Position numbers and translations under genes: made by a program. 64,000 bases of DNA, taken from positions 160,001-224,000 of the forward strand of contig CAWBGA010000001.1 of assembly GCA_963788195.1 (NCBI GenBank), given 5' to 3'. Shown in pieces: positions 52,264-61,642 of this stretch (position 1 is the first letter of the stretch; each line of letters opens with the position of its first letter). Below the pieces are notes generated by a model. That model had not been told where the DNA came from. It was given only the letters and a program-made list of their open reading frames with translations, and did not search any database. This DNA is from Nitrospirota bacterium (lineage in GTDB: Bacteria > Nitrospirota > Nitrospiria > Nitrospirales > NS-4).

Positions 52264-53177
52264 GGAACACATTCGCCGACACACTCTATAAGTGCGCGCA
52301 GGAAAACCCGCAGATCGCCATCGTTGTCGCCGACATCTCGCCTGCGGGGAGCATGGAGAAGTTCCGGAAGGAATTTCCCGAGCGGTTTCTTAACGTCGGC
52401 GTTGCCGAGCAAAGCATGATCGGCATCTGTGCCGGCATGGCCCTCAAGGGCTTGCAGCCGTTCGCCTATACGATCGCGACATTTTCGCTGTACCGACCCT
52501 TTGAATTCGTGCGCGACGATCTCGGTTATCAAAACTTACCCGTGACCGTCGTGGGTATCGGCGGCGGAGTCGTGTACTCGACGCTTGGCGGAACGCATCA
52601 TTGCCAGGAGGACATCGCCATTGCGGGAGCTATTCCCAACATGTCCATCATTGCGCCCTGCGATCCGGCCGAAGCCCGCGAGGCGACACTCTATTGTGCC
52701 TCGCAGCGTAAGGGGCCGATCTACCTGCGTCTCGGCAAGGCCGGCGAGCCTACATTCACTGATAAAGCGGTCGATGCGTGGCAATTCGGCAAGCTACGGT
52801 ATCTTCGGCGCGGGCGCGATGTCTGCATTCTGAGCTATGGCATTGTCATGAAGAAGGCCTTCTCTGTAGCAGAGCGCCTGGAGAAGGCCGGCAAATCAGT
52901 GTCGATTGCCTCAGTGCACACCATGAAGCCATTGGATCGCCTAGGCATCGAGGCCGCCCTCAAATCCCACCGTCAGGTCGTGGTCATCGAGGAGCACGCG
53001 CCCCAGGGCGGGCTTGCGGCGCAGACCAAGCAGATCGCCTGGGATGTCAAAGCGAAGTGCGATCTCAAAACCTTCACGCTCCAGGACGAGTTTATCCATA
53101 ATTACGGAAGCCATGACGATCTGCTGGCGGCGCACGGGCTCGATGTTGATAAAATCACACAACACCTAGAGGAATAA
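52260..53177 (+). CDS. Transketolase-like TPP enzyme, C-terminal subunit
   Basis: NVGVAEQSMIG, GGTHH, PIYLRLGK, VIEEH; ATGA-coupled. Confidence 0.92.
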   Translation: MRNTFADTLYKCAQENPQIAIVVADISPAGSMEKFRKEFPERFLNVGVAEQSMIGICAGMALKGLQPFAYTIATFSLYRPFEFVRDDLGYQNLPVTVVGIGGGVVYSTLGGTHHCQEDIAIAGAIPNMSIIAPCDPAEAREATLYCASQRKGPIYLRLGKAGEPTFTDKAVDAWQFGKLRYLRRGRDVCILSYGIVMKKAFSVAERLEKAGKSVSIASVHTMKPLDRLGIEAALKSHRQVVVIEEHAPQGGLAAQTKQIAWDVKAKCDLKTFTLQDEFIHNYGSHDDLLAAHGLDVDKITQHLEE

Positions 53178-53221
53178 TTCGTGGCGGATTCATTGATCAT
53201 GAACGATGGGCGTAGGCTTTC

Positions 53222-54466
53222 GTGAAGGAAGAACTGATCATGCCCAGCGTGAAGGCCAAGCCGGTCCTGGCCATTCACGGCGGCGAACCCGTCCGCAAGG
53301 CCCCAATGCCGTCGCGTCAGGCTCTCGGCGAGAGCGAATTGCAAATGCTCAATGAAGCGTTGGCATATTACCGTCAGCACCACCTCGATCCTGGATACCA
53401 AGGCCCTTTCGAGAAGCTCTATACGGACCTGTTTGTGGCGATGATGGGGGGCGGCCATGCCGACGCGGTCGCGACGGGAACCTCCGCCCTGTACGTGGCT
53501 CTCGCAGCGCTCGATTGTCCCAAGGGCAGCGAGGTCATGGTCTCTCCCATTACCGATCCCGGCACCTTGAACGCGATCATTCTGAACGGATTCAAACCGC
53601 GGGTTGCGGATAGCAAACCGGACAACTACAACATGGGAGTGGCCCAGTTCCTCGAACGTGTTACGCGTAATGTGTCGGCCGTGGTCGTAGTGCATGCAAC
53701 GGGACAAGCGTCTGACATCGCCGAGATCGTGGCGGAGGCCCATCGGCGGGATATCAAAGTCGTGGAGGATTGCAGCCAGGCTCATGGCGCCAAGGTGACC
53801 GGCAGGCCGGTCGGCACGTTCGGTGATATCGCGGCATTTTCTACCATGTATCGCAAGGCGCACATCACCGGCGGTTCGGGCGGAGTCGTGTATACCCGCG
53901 ATCTCGGTCTGTTTCGAAAAGCGCTCGCGCACGCTGATCGCGGCAAGCCGCGCTGGCAGAACGACTTCGATGATCGGGATCCGTCAACCTATCTATTCCC
54001 AGCTCTGAATCACAATACGGATGAGCTTTCCTGCGCCATCGGGCTTGCGTCGCTACGACGGCTCACCGACACGATTGTACGCCGCCAGTCATTTGTATTT
54101 GATGTCATCGAGAGGTTAGTGGAGCACGCGCAGGTCTGCCGACCGTATCCCTACTCCGCATCGGATTCACCGTTCTTCTGTCCCATCGTCGTGGATGTTG
54201 GCGCCATCAACTGCAGCAAGATTGAATTCGCTGAAGCGGTTCAAAGGGAGGGGATTGACCTCAACCCAGATTACAAGTACGTCGTGACCGACTGGCCGTA
54301 TGTGAAGCCGTACCTCGTGGATGATTTCGACGCGCCTAACGCACGCGATATCCGTGATCGGTCTTTTAATCTGTACCTGAACGAAAATTACGGCGAGCGT
54401 GAAGCAATCGACTGTGTCGAGGCGATCCTGAAGGTCGAGTGCTACTACGCGAAAGTACCGACATAA
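53222..54466 (+). CDS. DegT/DnrJ/EryC1/StrS PLP sugar aminotransferase
   Basis: LAIHGG, TGTSAL, VEDCSQAHGA, GTFGD, STMYRK (PLP Lys). Confidence 0.88.
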   Translation: MKEELIMPSVKAKPVLAIHGGEPVRKAPMPSRQALGESELQMLNEALAYYRQHHLDPGYQGPFEKLYTDLFVAMMGGGHADAVATGTSALYVALAALDCPKGSEVMVSPITDPGTLNAIILNGFKPRVADSKPDNYNMGVAQFLERVTRNVSAVVVVHATGQASDIAEIVAEAHRRDIKVVEDCSQAHGAKVTGRPVGTFGDIAAFSTMYRKAHITGGSGGVVYTRDLGLFRKALAHADRGKPRWQNDFDDRDPSTYLFPALNHNTDELSCAIGLASLRRLTDTIVRRQSFVFDVIERLVEHAQVCRPYPYSASDSPFFCPIVVDVGAINCSKIEFAEAVQREGIDLNPDYKYVVTDWPYVKPYLVDDFDAPNARDIRDRSFNLYLNENYGEREAIDCVEAILKVECYYAKVPT

Positions 54467-54522
54467 CACCTGATCTCATCCGCTACCGCGTCTGCACGTA
54501 AGATCTACAGCTTTTAAAGCAG

Positions 54523-56028
54523 ATGAAAGACCTCGAAACCAAAATTGTCGCGCATCACGTCGGCGGACGTGGATTCGGCGTAGCATTCAACCCTCCGGCT
54601 CATTTCAAGGCTGACATCGTTCACGTTTTATATGAAGCCGATTCCGAATGCGTGGACGAGATGAATCTCAATTCCAATACGCCTCAGGCCGACCTCTTGG
54701 GTGAACGGCACCTGTTTCCTTATTGCCTCGGGCGATTGAAGGGGACAGGCAGACTCAACATAACTGCCAATACCTATGCCAGCTCAATGCTGTCACCAGA
54801 TTCAGATTTTCTCAAAAACTATTACTGCGAAATCCAGATCGGCCCCGCGCATTACGATGTGACCTACGATGATATGCTCCAGGTGATCAAGCAAGTCGAC
54901 GTCGAGGTCCACACGTTGGATCAACTGTTTGCGGAGGACAAGCTGCCCGCGAGGTTACGACCCGATGTTCTTTCACTTGATACGCAAGGACTCGAGCATG
55001 ACATCATGCAAGGCGCGGAACGCGTGATCCGGGACGGCGTCCTCGCCATTGTGTCCGAAGTTGAGATTGCGTCGATGTATCAGGGACAGCCGCTGCTTGG
55101 TGACGTATTGCAGCTCATGAACACCTATGGGTTTCACTTTGCCGGCTTTACCAACCTTCATGAAATCTCTCAGTACCGAGCTCCCATAGGGCTACGAGGA
55201 AAAGCATTTCCTGGATTTGGCGATGCCCTGTTCTTACGCAAAATTGACACCTTCAACGCTATTGGACTGTCAACTTCCGAACTCTTCTTGAAAGCGACGA
55301 AGCTTGCTTTCGTCTCACTCGTTTTTGGCCACATCGAATATGCCTTGAAAGCTTTGAATCTAGCGGCTTCGCTTCGCACTGAAGTTCAAGCGGATCTCCT
55401 GAAACAGCTCGGGGCTCGAACGTACTTCAGATTTCTCGAGCAAATCGAAGTGGCGTCTAGGGAAGTTGAACAGTTGTACCCACCGATTTTTGGAATTCCC
55501 AGCACCGCGAGGTTGAAGGATTTTCCGTATCCAAGTTTGAGTTGGTACGATACCCACCACGACGAGGCTGTTGCGAATTTCTATCAAATGACACGAACAG
55601 TTGCGCGTTCTACGCTCGCTCCGCCTCGTCGTCTAACCTGGGCTGATCGGTTTGTTGCTCATCTTAGATACCTTCTGGATGTGGGGTCACGTTATTCAAG
55701 CGTACGGATCAGAGACCTTGTTCTCATCCGACCAGACAAAGCCGCGGCCAAGATTATCTACCATTCTGCTGCCTCTGTTCGACGACGAGTCCCTGCCCTT
55801 GCATCATTTCTAGGGACCCTTGCACGGGAGTCTTCACAGGCTGTGTTGGAGGCCTCTAAGACTGAGGAAGGATACTCGGCTTTCGAGTCGGTGTTGATTC
55901 ATTATGGCCTTGTTGCGGTTGCGGATACTGTGCGACAGAAACGCATCACTGCGGGACGCTTCGTGCGTTCACTGGGGCATTTGTCAAAGGAACCTAGTCA
56001 GTCTGGTACTCCATCGAACACGAAGTGA
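54523..56028 (+). CDS. FkbM-family methyltransferase with a long C-terminal extension
   Basis: HVGGRG, YEAD, TLDQL, LSLDTQGLE, SEVE, YQGQP. Confidence 0.8.
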   Translation: MKDLETKIVAHHVGGRGFGVAFNPPAHFKADIVHVLYEADSECVDEMNLNSNTPQADLLGERHLFPYCLGRLKGTGRLNITANTYASSMLSPDSDFLKNYYCEIQIGPAHYDVTYDDMLQVIKQVDVEVHTLDQLFAEDKLPARLRPDVLSLDTQGLEHDIMQGAERVIRDGVLAIVSEVEIASMYQGQPLLGDVLQLMNTYGFHFAGFTNLHEISQYRAPIGLRGKAFPGFGDALFLRKIDTFNAIGLSTSELFLKATKLAFVSLVFGHIEYALKALNLAASLRTEVQADLLKQLGARTYFRFLEQIEVASREVEQLYPPIFGIPSTARLKDFPYPSLSWYDTHHDEAVANFYQMTRTVARSTLAPPRRLTWADRFVAHLRYLLDVGSRYSSVRIRDLVLIRPDKAAAKIIYHSAASVRRRVPALASFLGTLARESSQAVLEASKTEEGYSAFESVLIHYGLVAVADTVRQKRITAGRFVRSLGHLSKEPSQSGTPSNTK

Positions 56029-56086
56029 TGCGTGTCGCATCCCACTACTTAACGGCCGACTGTTTGAAAATATTTGAGAGGTAAGC

Positions 56087-56998
56087 ATGGGACTTGGTCC
56101 GCCCGTCATTGCGCTCTACCACCAGTTGAAGGCCTTAGGATTGTTCGACGAGGTCTCGGAGGTCATGGAACTCGGATCTCAAAACGTTTGGTGCCCACAA
56201 ACCAAGATGATGAGGGACCTTTTCACGGCATTCGGCCGGCCGGTCCCCCCCGAGTCCATCGTACAGAGCTTCGCTAACTGGACCGGTTCAGCTCGCGACC
56301 TCTACGAAGGACTCGGCTTCAAGTATAACTGTGTTGACACCGACGGGAAGTTTGGTGCGCTTGTGCTGGATATCAATTTTGATTTAGTTCCACCAGACCA
56401 CAAGAACAGGTATGACCTTGTGACCAATCACGGCACGACCGAGCATCTGATCAATCAGTTGAATGCCTTCAGGATGGTCCACGACCTGACCAGACCTGGT
56501 GGGCTGATCTTGCACGCCCTGCCGTTTCTGGGACAAGTGGATCATGGGTTCTTCAATTATCAACCGAATTTGTTCGATTCGCTTGCTCGGTATAACTCCT
56601 ATCAGACTCTAGGGATGTGGGTTGGCATTGACTGGCAGTTGTCCAGCTTCATTCCTTGGGAACCGAAACTCATGGAGTTTCTGGTGTTGTCACCAAAGTC
56701 GACGGGCCTCTTGATTGTCTTGCAGCGGAAGATGTACGCAACCGAATTTCAGGTTCCTTTTCAAGGCGTGTTCGAACAGACAAAGACCACCGATGTCAGC
56801 TCGCGGTATGCCTTCGTGGTAGATGGGGAGGTCTACGATGGCCGGCGAGACAAATTTGTGACCAAGGATTCGTTGATCGCCGAGGAAGTGGCAAAGCGCG
56901 TAGCCGAGCAGGTTGCGGCGCTCGGGAACAGACTCCAGTCTTATCTTAAGGAAGGCTCTCAGCGGGGTGGCACGGAGAATTGCCAAGAGATGGTATGA
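56087..56998 (+). CDS. Putative class I SAM-dependent methyltransferase
   Basis: MELGSQ, LDIN, YDLVTNHGTTEHL, HDLTRPGG. Confidence 0.75.
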   Translation: MGLGPPVIALYHQLKALGLFDEVSEVMELGSQNVWCPQTKMMRDLFTAFGRPVPPESIVQSFANWTGSARDLYEGLGFKYNCVDTDGKFGALVLDINFDLVPPDHKNRYDLVTNHGTTEHLINQLNAFRMVHDLTRPGGLILHALPFLGQVDHGFFNYQPNLFDSLARYNSYQTLGMWVGIDWQLSSFIPWEPKLMEFLVLSPKSTGLLIVLQRKMYATEFQVPFQGVFEQTKTTDVSSRYAFVVDGEVYDGRRDKFVTKDSLIAEEVAKRVAEQVAALGNRLQSYLKEGSQRGGTENCQEMV

Positions 56999-57083
56999 AC
57001 GTGGCCGGCGCTTTTTAATGTTATCACGTTGATGACGAACCGGAGAAATCTCAATTCCGACACCGGCGGAGGGGCAGGTATTA

Positions 57084-59045
57084 ATGGAAAACCGCATTCC
57101 TTCGAATGCAAGGCCGCCGGCGCGAGTTATCACCACGGCTTGGGGCGAGCACTATATCGATGAACTGCTTTCGCTCACGCTGCCGGCGCTGCTTGCACCG
57201 AGGGCAACCTGCCGGAACTGGTCAAGGCGTTCTCGTGCGAGTTCGTTCTCGTGACCGAGTCGAGGTTTTTTGATCGTATCCGCAGCGCTCCAGTTTTCAC
57301 GCGCCTGCAAACATATTGCGTTGCCCGTCTGATCCCGATCGACGATCTTGTGCTTTCCAAATTATCGTATGGTTTGTCACTTACCTACGCCTACCACCGT
57401 GCCTTTGCGGATCTCGGCGAGCGCATGACGAGCTATTACCTCTTCTTTTTTAACGCCGATTTCATTCTGGCAGAAGGCTGTTATCGATCATTGGTTGTAC
57501 GCCTGATCGCCGGGGAACGGCTTGTTCTCGCACCCAGCTACTGCGTCAACGCCGAGATGGTTGCACCGATAATGCAGGCAAGGGTGGACCCCAACACATC
57601 GACTCTCTCGATGCGGCCGCGCGAGATGGCGGCGTTGGCGTTAGAGCATCGTCACAATACGATCAGGGGCAAGACGGTCAATCAGAATCTATGCCATCTC
57701 GAATGGATCGAACAGTTCTACTGGGCTGTGGACGGCCACACTTTGCTCGCGCACCAGTTGCCAATCTCAATCGTCTGCCTGCGGCCGGAGCGGGTCTATG
57801 TCGAGCCGGTGACCAATTGGGATTACGGCTTACTCTCTGAAATTTGTCCCAATACCAAACCATGCGTACTCGGCGATTCCGATGACTTCCTCATGGTGGA
57901 GCTGCGTAAACGATCGACCGCGGAAAATCAGTTCCTCCCCGGCTGGCCAAGTGTCAAAGAGATCGCTGCGAAGCTGGACTTGTTTTCAACACAAGATCAA
58001 CGGGAGCATGCTCGGTATCAGCTCGTGCTGCATTCGCAGGAACTCCCGCCTGAAACAGAGGCGGCTAGTGCGCAGTTGAGAGGTTACGTTGATTCGGTTC
58101 TTGCGGCAATGAAGCCACCTCTCCACCATCGAAATCACCCTCAGTGGACCCATCACTATAAGCTCCAGTCCCATCACCATCGATGCAATCGAGTCGCACG
58201 ACAATTACTCGGTCTGGACCACGGCGCATTCACCACCTCCGACCCACCAAAGGGATTTGAAGACATCCAGGTTCAGTCAAGGGACGATTCGACGCCGCGA
58301 TCGTGGCCGCGTCGACTGCTTGAGGGGGTATTCGGGCGCTATCCGAGGCTCAACCGCAACCACGCGTATTGGGCCGATGTTCATTACGTCGTCGGGGCCG
58401 TCGACCGAGCGCTAAAAGGTAAAGACATCCGATGCCTTGTTGTCACCAGTGAGAAGGCTATTGCGTCACGTCTTATGGAAACAGCCCCTGGATTTCGAGT
58501 GTCAATTCCCGCACATATCGCCCAAAAACAAAGATTGCATCCAGTGAGCGACGCTCACGTCATGCTGAATGCGATCCCTGTCCGTGCTCAGCAAGAGGAT
58601 AAGGAACTGAAACCGTTCGATATGTGTTTCTGTGCCCTTGACTTCAATGCCTTACTGAGTCTTCGTGACATCGTCAGCAATGTTAAAACGGCGATGAGGC
58701 CGGGTGGAAAGATCATTATATTTCATGTGAAGGACACCCATCGGCCGATGACGAAAAGAGAGGTTTCGCTTGTATTCAGCTCCGCGCTGGCGACCGGATC
58801 GTCAGCCGTTAACTTTGCGGGGTTTAGTCTCCCGTTCATTCCTCACGTCGCGCGAAAACTGATTCGCATTGCAATTGGTAGCTTTGTAAAGGGCGGGGTG
58901 CGCGGCATGATTATCCCCGCCGTCGCCATGTTACTCAGTGTGCCCTTTGCACGTCTTGCCAACATGCAATTGGGACACCGGCAGAAGGCCACCAACGATG
59001 CCTCGATATCGGACAAGCGTGACCATCGAGATCGATATTCCCTAG
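57084..59045 (+). CDS. Uncharacterised protein, paralog A (apparent frameshifts near 57200 and 58985)
   Basis: Hand translation MENRIP...ARVITTAWGEHYIDELLSLTLPALLAP joins ORF 57251. The repaired end TSVTIEIDIP* (TAG 59043-59045) matches paralog C's TSLTVEIDII*. Confidence 0.8.
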
Positions 59046-59075
59046 GCGGCCGAATAGGTAAAGTGTTGAAACGTG

Positions 59076-59787
59076 ATGCCTCAATCGAGTCCCATGTATG
59101 GGGACAAGATGAGTGGGGTACAAGCCGAGCGACTTGAACTAGACGGCGTCGTTGTGGTCAGAAGCTTCTTCGGCCGCAGCGACCTCCAGAGGCTGAAAAA
59201 CCTAGCTGAAAGTGCTTATGCCGCTGTTGATAATGGTGCGGGCGACCCACAAACCCAGCAAAATGTCTCGGGTTGGGGAGGTCTTGGTCTCCCCCTTTTG
59301 TCGCAGGTCGGCGCGTCAGAATCATCAGTTGCCAAGATCATCGCCGCCATCGAAAAAGTCGCGGCGACAACATTGGGGCCCTGCCGGCTCATCCGCAAGA
59401 TATCGCTATTCCGTCGCCACCTCCAGCCGCGTACCCATATTCGTTGGCATATCGATGCGGACGGGGCCGGAACGAGTCTCTACGATCCGTGCTTCAATGT
59501 ATGGCTGCCGCTCGTCGCGGTCGGGCGTGACCTTCCATCACTGCAGTTCGTCCTTAGCTCGCATCAACGCATGCGCACCGTTCCGCTGCTCACAGCTGAT
59601 TACGCACGTGCGTACCGATGAATGGGTCGACGAGCGGTTCCAGCGTGATCTTCACCTGACTGCCGAACTCGACGCCGGCGACGCCGTGATCTTCGACCAT
59701 TACGTGTTGCACCGGACGCAGCCAATGCCATGCCAGAAAGGTGTCCGGATCTCCGGCGAGTTCCGCGTCACATTGAAGGGTAGGTAG
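59076..59787 (+). CDS. PhyH-like 2-oxoglutarate/Fe(II) dioxygenase (apparent +1 frameshift near 59610)
   Basis: DGVVVVRSFF, WHIDAD (HxD), FNVWLPL; then GDAVIFD..LHRT..RISGEFR in the next frame. Confidence 0.8.
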
Positions 59788-59947
59788 AAGAGGTTTTGTC
59801 CTAACAGATTGCTCCACCCAAAGAAGCTTGGTGGAAAGGGCTCTTGCCGAGACCTTCGGATTCGAATTGGTCTTTGTGACGAAAACGGCGTTCTTCGAAG
59901 GCATTCGCAATGCGTCGATCTTCCGACAGATCGAGATGCTTCTGCCA

Positions 59948-61642
59948 TGACATCAGTACCGAATCTCAATCCTAGTATTGCTCCTGGAGCAGAATCTCGA
60001 GCGCCGGCTGATTCTCCGATGTCGGCTGTCCGATTGCCTCCATTCTATTTCATCGTCACGTTCTGGGGCGCGCGCTATCGCGAATGGTTTTGTAGGTTCG
60101 CGCTTCCCTCGCTGCTGGCGCCGAATAACATCCCCGCACTTGGAAATCTCAAGGAGTGCCGATTTCTGATCTGCACAACAAGAAAGGATTGGGCCAGGCT
60201 TCAGCGCAAACCAATCTTCGCGCTGTTAAAAGAATATATGGAACCAGTATTTCTCGAATCCCGACCGCGCCTCGCTGAGCGAGCACAAATATGCCCGGAT
60301 GTCGCGTGGCCATGAGGCCTTGACCGTTGCCTGTCATGAGGCGCGAGCCTGTGCCATCTATTTGGCCCCGGATACCGTGGTGCCGGACGGCTGCGTGGCT
60401 GCAGCTCAACGCCTCTTGGTGGCAGGCAAGCGCGTCGTGCTGTGCACGGCGATCCGTTTTGATATGGATGGCGTGGAGGCCGAACTCAGTTCGCGCGGGC
60501 TTCTCAAGCCGGGAGTGCCACTGGTCCTGTCTCGCCGTGATGCCGTCGACATTGGCTTGCGTAACCTGCATCCCGAGTCCCGAGCGGGCAACTGGGATGT
60601 GTGGAATTTTGGTTCGATTTCCTGGAAACATACGCGGATTGATTTTCCAGTGTGCTGCTTCTGGGAAGTCCAACGGGAGAATGGTGTCGTCATCCACACC
60701 CATAACTGGGCGCCATTCATGATCGATTTCTCCTCTTTGGCGGTCCACAACACTGAGGCATTGCAGAAATGGGCGATTGACGGAGATTATATTCACCACA
60801 ATTTCGGGCAAGACAAACTTGGCGAGGCGGTTTACGTTGTCGACGATTCCGATGACGTCATTCTGCTCGGATTAACCCCACGCAACGAGATGGTGCCTCC
60901 GAGGAGGCCCGCGTTATTTAAAGCCCTTCCAATTGTCGGCGAATGGACAAAGGGGTACCTTGTCAATCAAGTTGTGTTTGATAAGTATACTGATCCGCTG
61001 CGCCGCAAAATCTATTCCACCTGCGTGCGATGGCATAGCCGCGATCTATCATCGGCCTGGGCTGCGGTGGAAGCACGCGCCAGGAAGATCATGGCGGCCT
61101 ACACGCGATGTGATTTACATCCCAAGTCCCAGATTGCCGAGCTCGGGTCTTCGCGGGACGTTATCAGCGTTTCTCTTTTCGCCACGAATTCTGGGTTTCT
61201 TTTGGTACGTATTGTTGTCGATATTACTGACAGTGCGGCGCTTCACTTACCGTCGCGTCTCGATTGCGGGGTTCTATGCGCGTCGAATTTGGAAGGCGTG
61301 CATGGGAGACAAGGTTGAGCAGGCGCGAATTCGAGGCTCCATTCATCGTTATGGGTATCGCGACGCAATATACCGTGCATCCGAAGGTCCAGATTGCCGC
61401 GCTCAGGTCTTCGCGGGACGTTATCGATTTTATCCTTTCGCCGCGGGTTCTTGGTCTTCTTTGGTATGTGTCGGTGTACTGGATATATCTGTCGGTGCGG
61501 CGGTTCACTGACCACTGGTTCCCAAGAATACGTTCCTACGATTACGCGATCCGCCAGGCGTGGAAGGGGGACCCGGTTCAGCAAGCGCGGATTCGCAATC
61601 GTGTTCGGCTTATCGTGTCAATCTTTTCGAAAAGCTCAATGA
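59948..61642 (+). CDS. Uncharacterised protein, paralog B, with a C-terminal duplicated hydrophobic repeat (several apparent frameshifts; ends uncertain)
   Basis: FIVTFWGARYREWFCRFALPSLLAPNNIPAL..RFLICT, YLAPDTVVPDG, DDSDD; pieces lie in ORFs 59809, 60299, 60933 and 61264. Confidence 0.65.
61118..61610 (+). repeat. Intragenic tandem duplication, ~260 bp period
   Basis: CATCCCAAGTCCCAGATTGCCGAGCTCGGGTCTTCGCGGGACGTTATC (61118) vs CATCCGAAGGTCCAGATTGCCGCGCTCAGGTCTTCGCGGGACGTTATC (61378); both units end near QARIR. Confidence 0.85.

Noticed and set aside
42037..54466. A true lincosamide antibiotic cluster
   Set aside because: No amino-acid moiety, condensation, thiol-transfer or resistance genes are visible; the context is envelope glycan. 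Only the sugar logic is shared.
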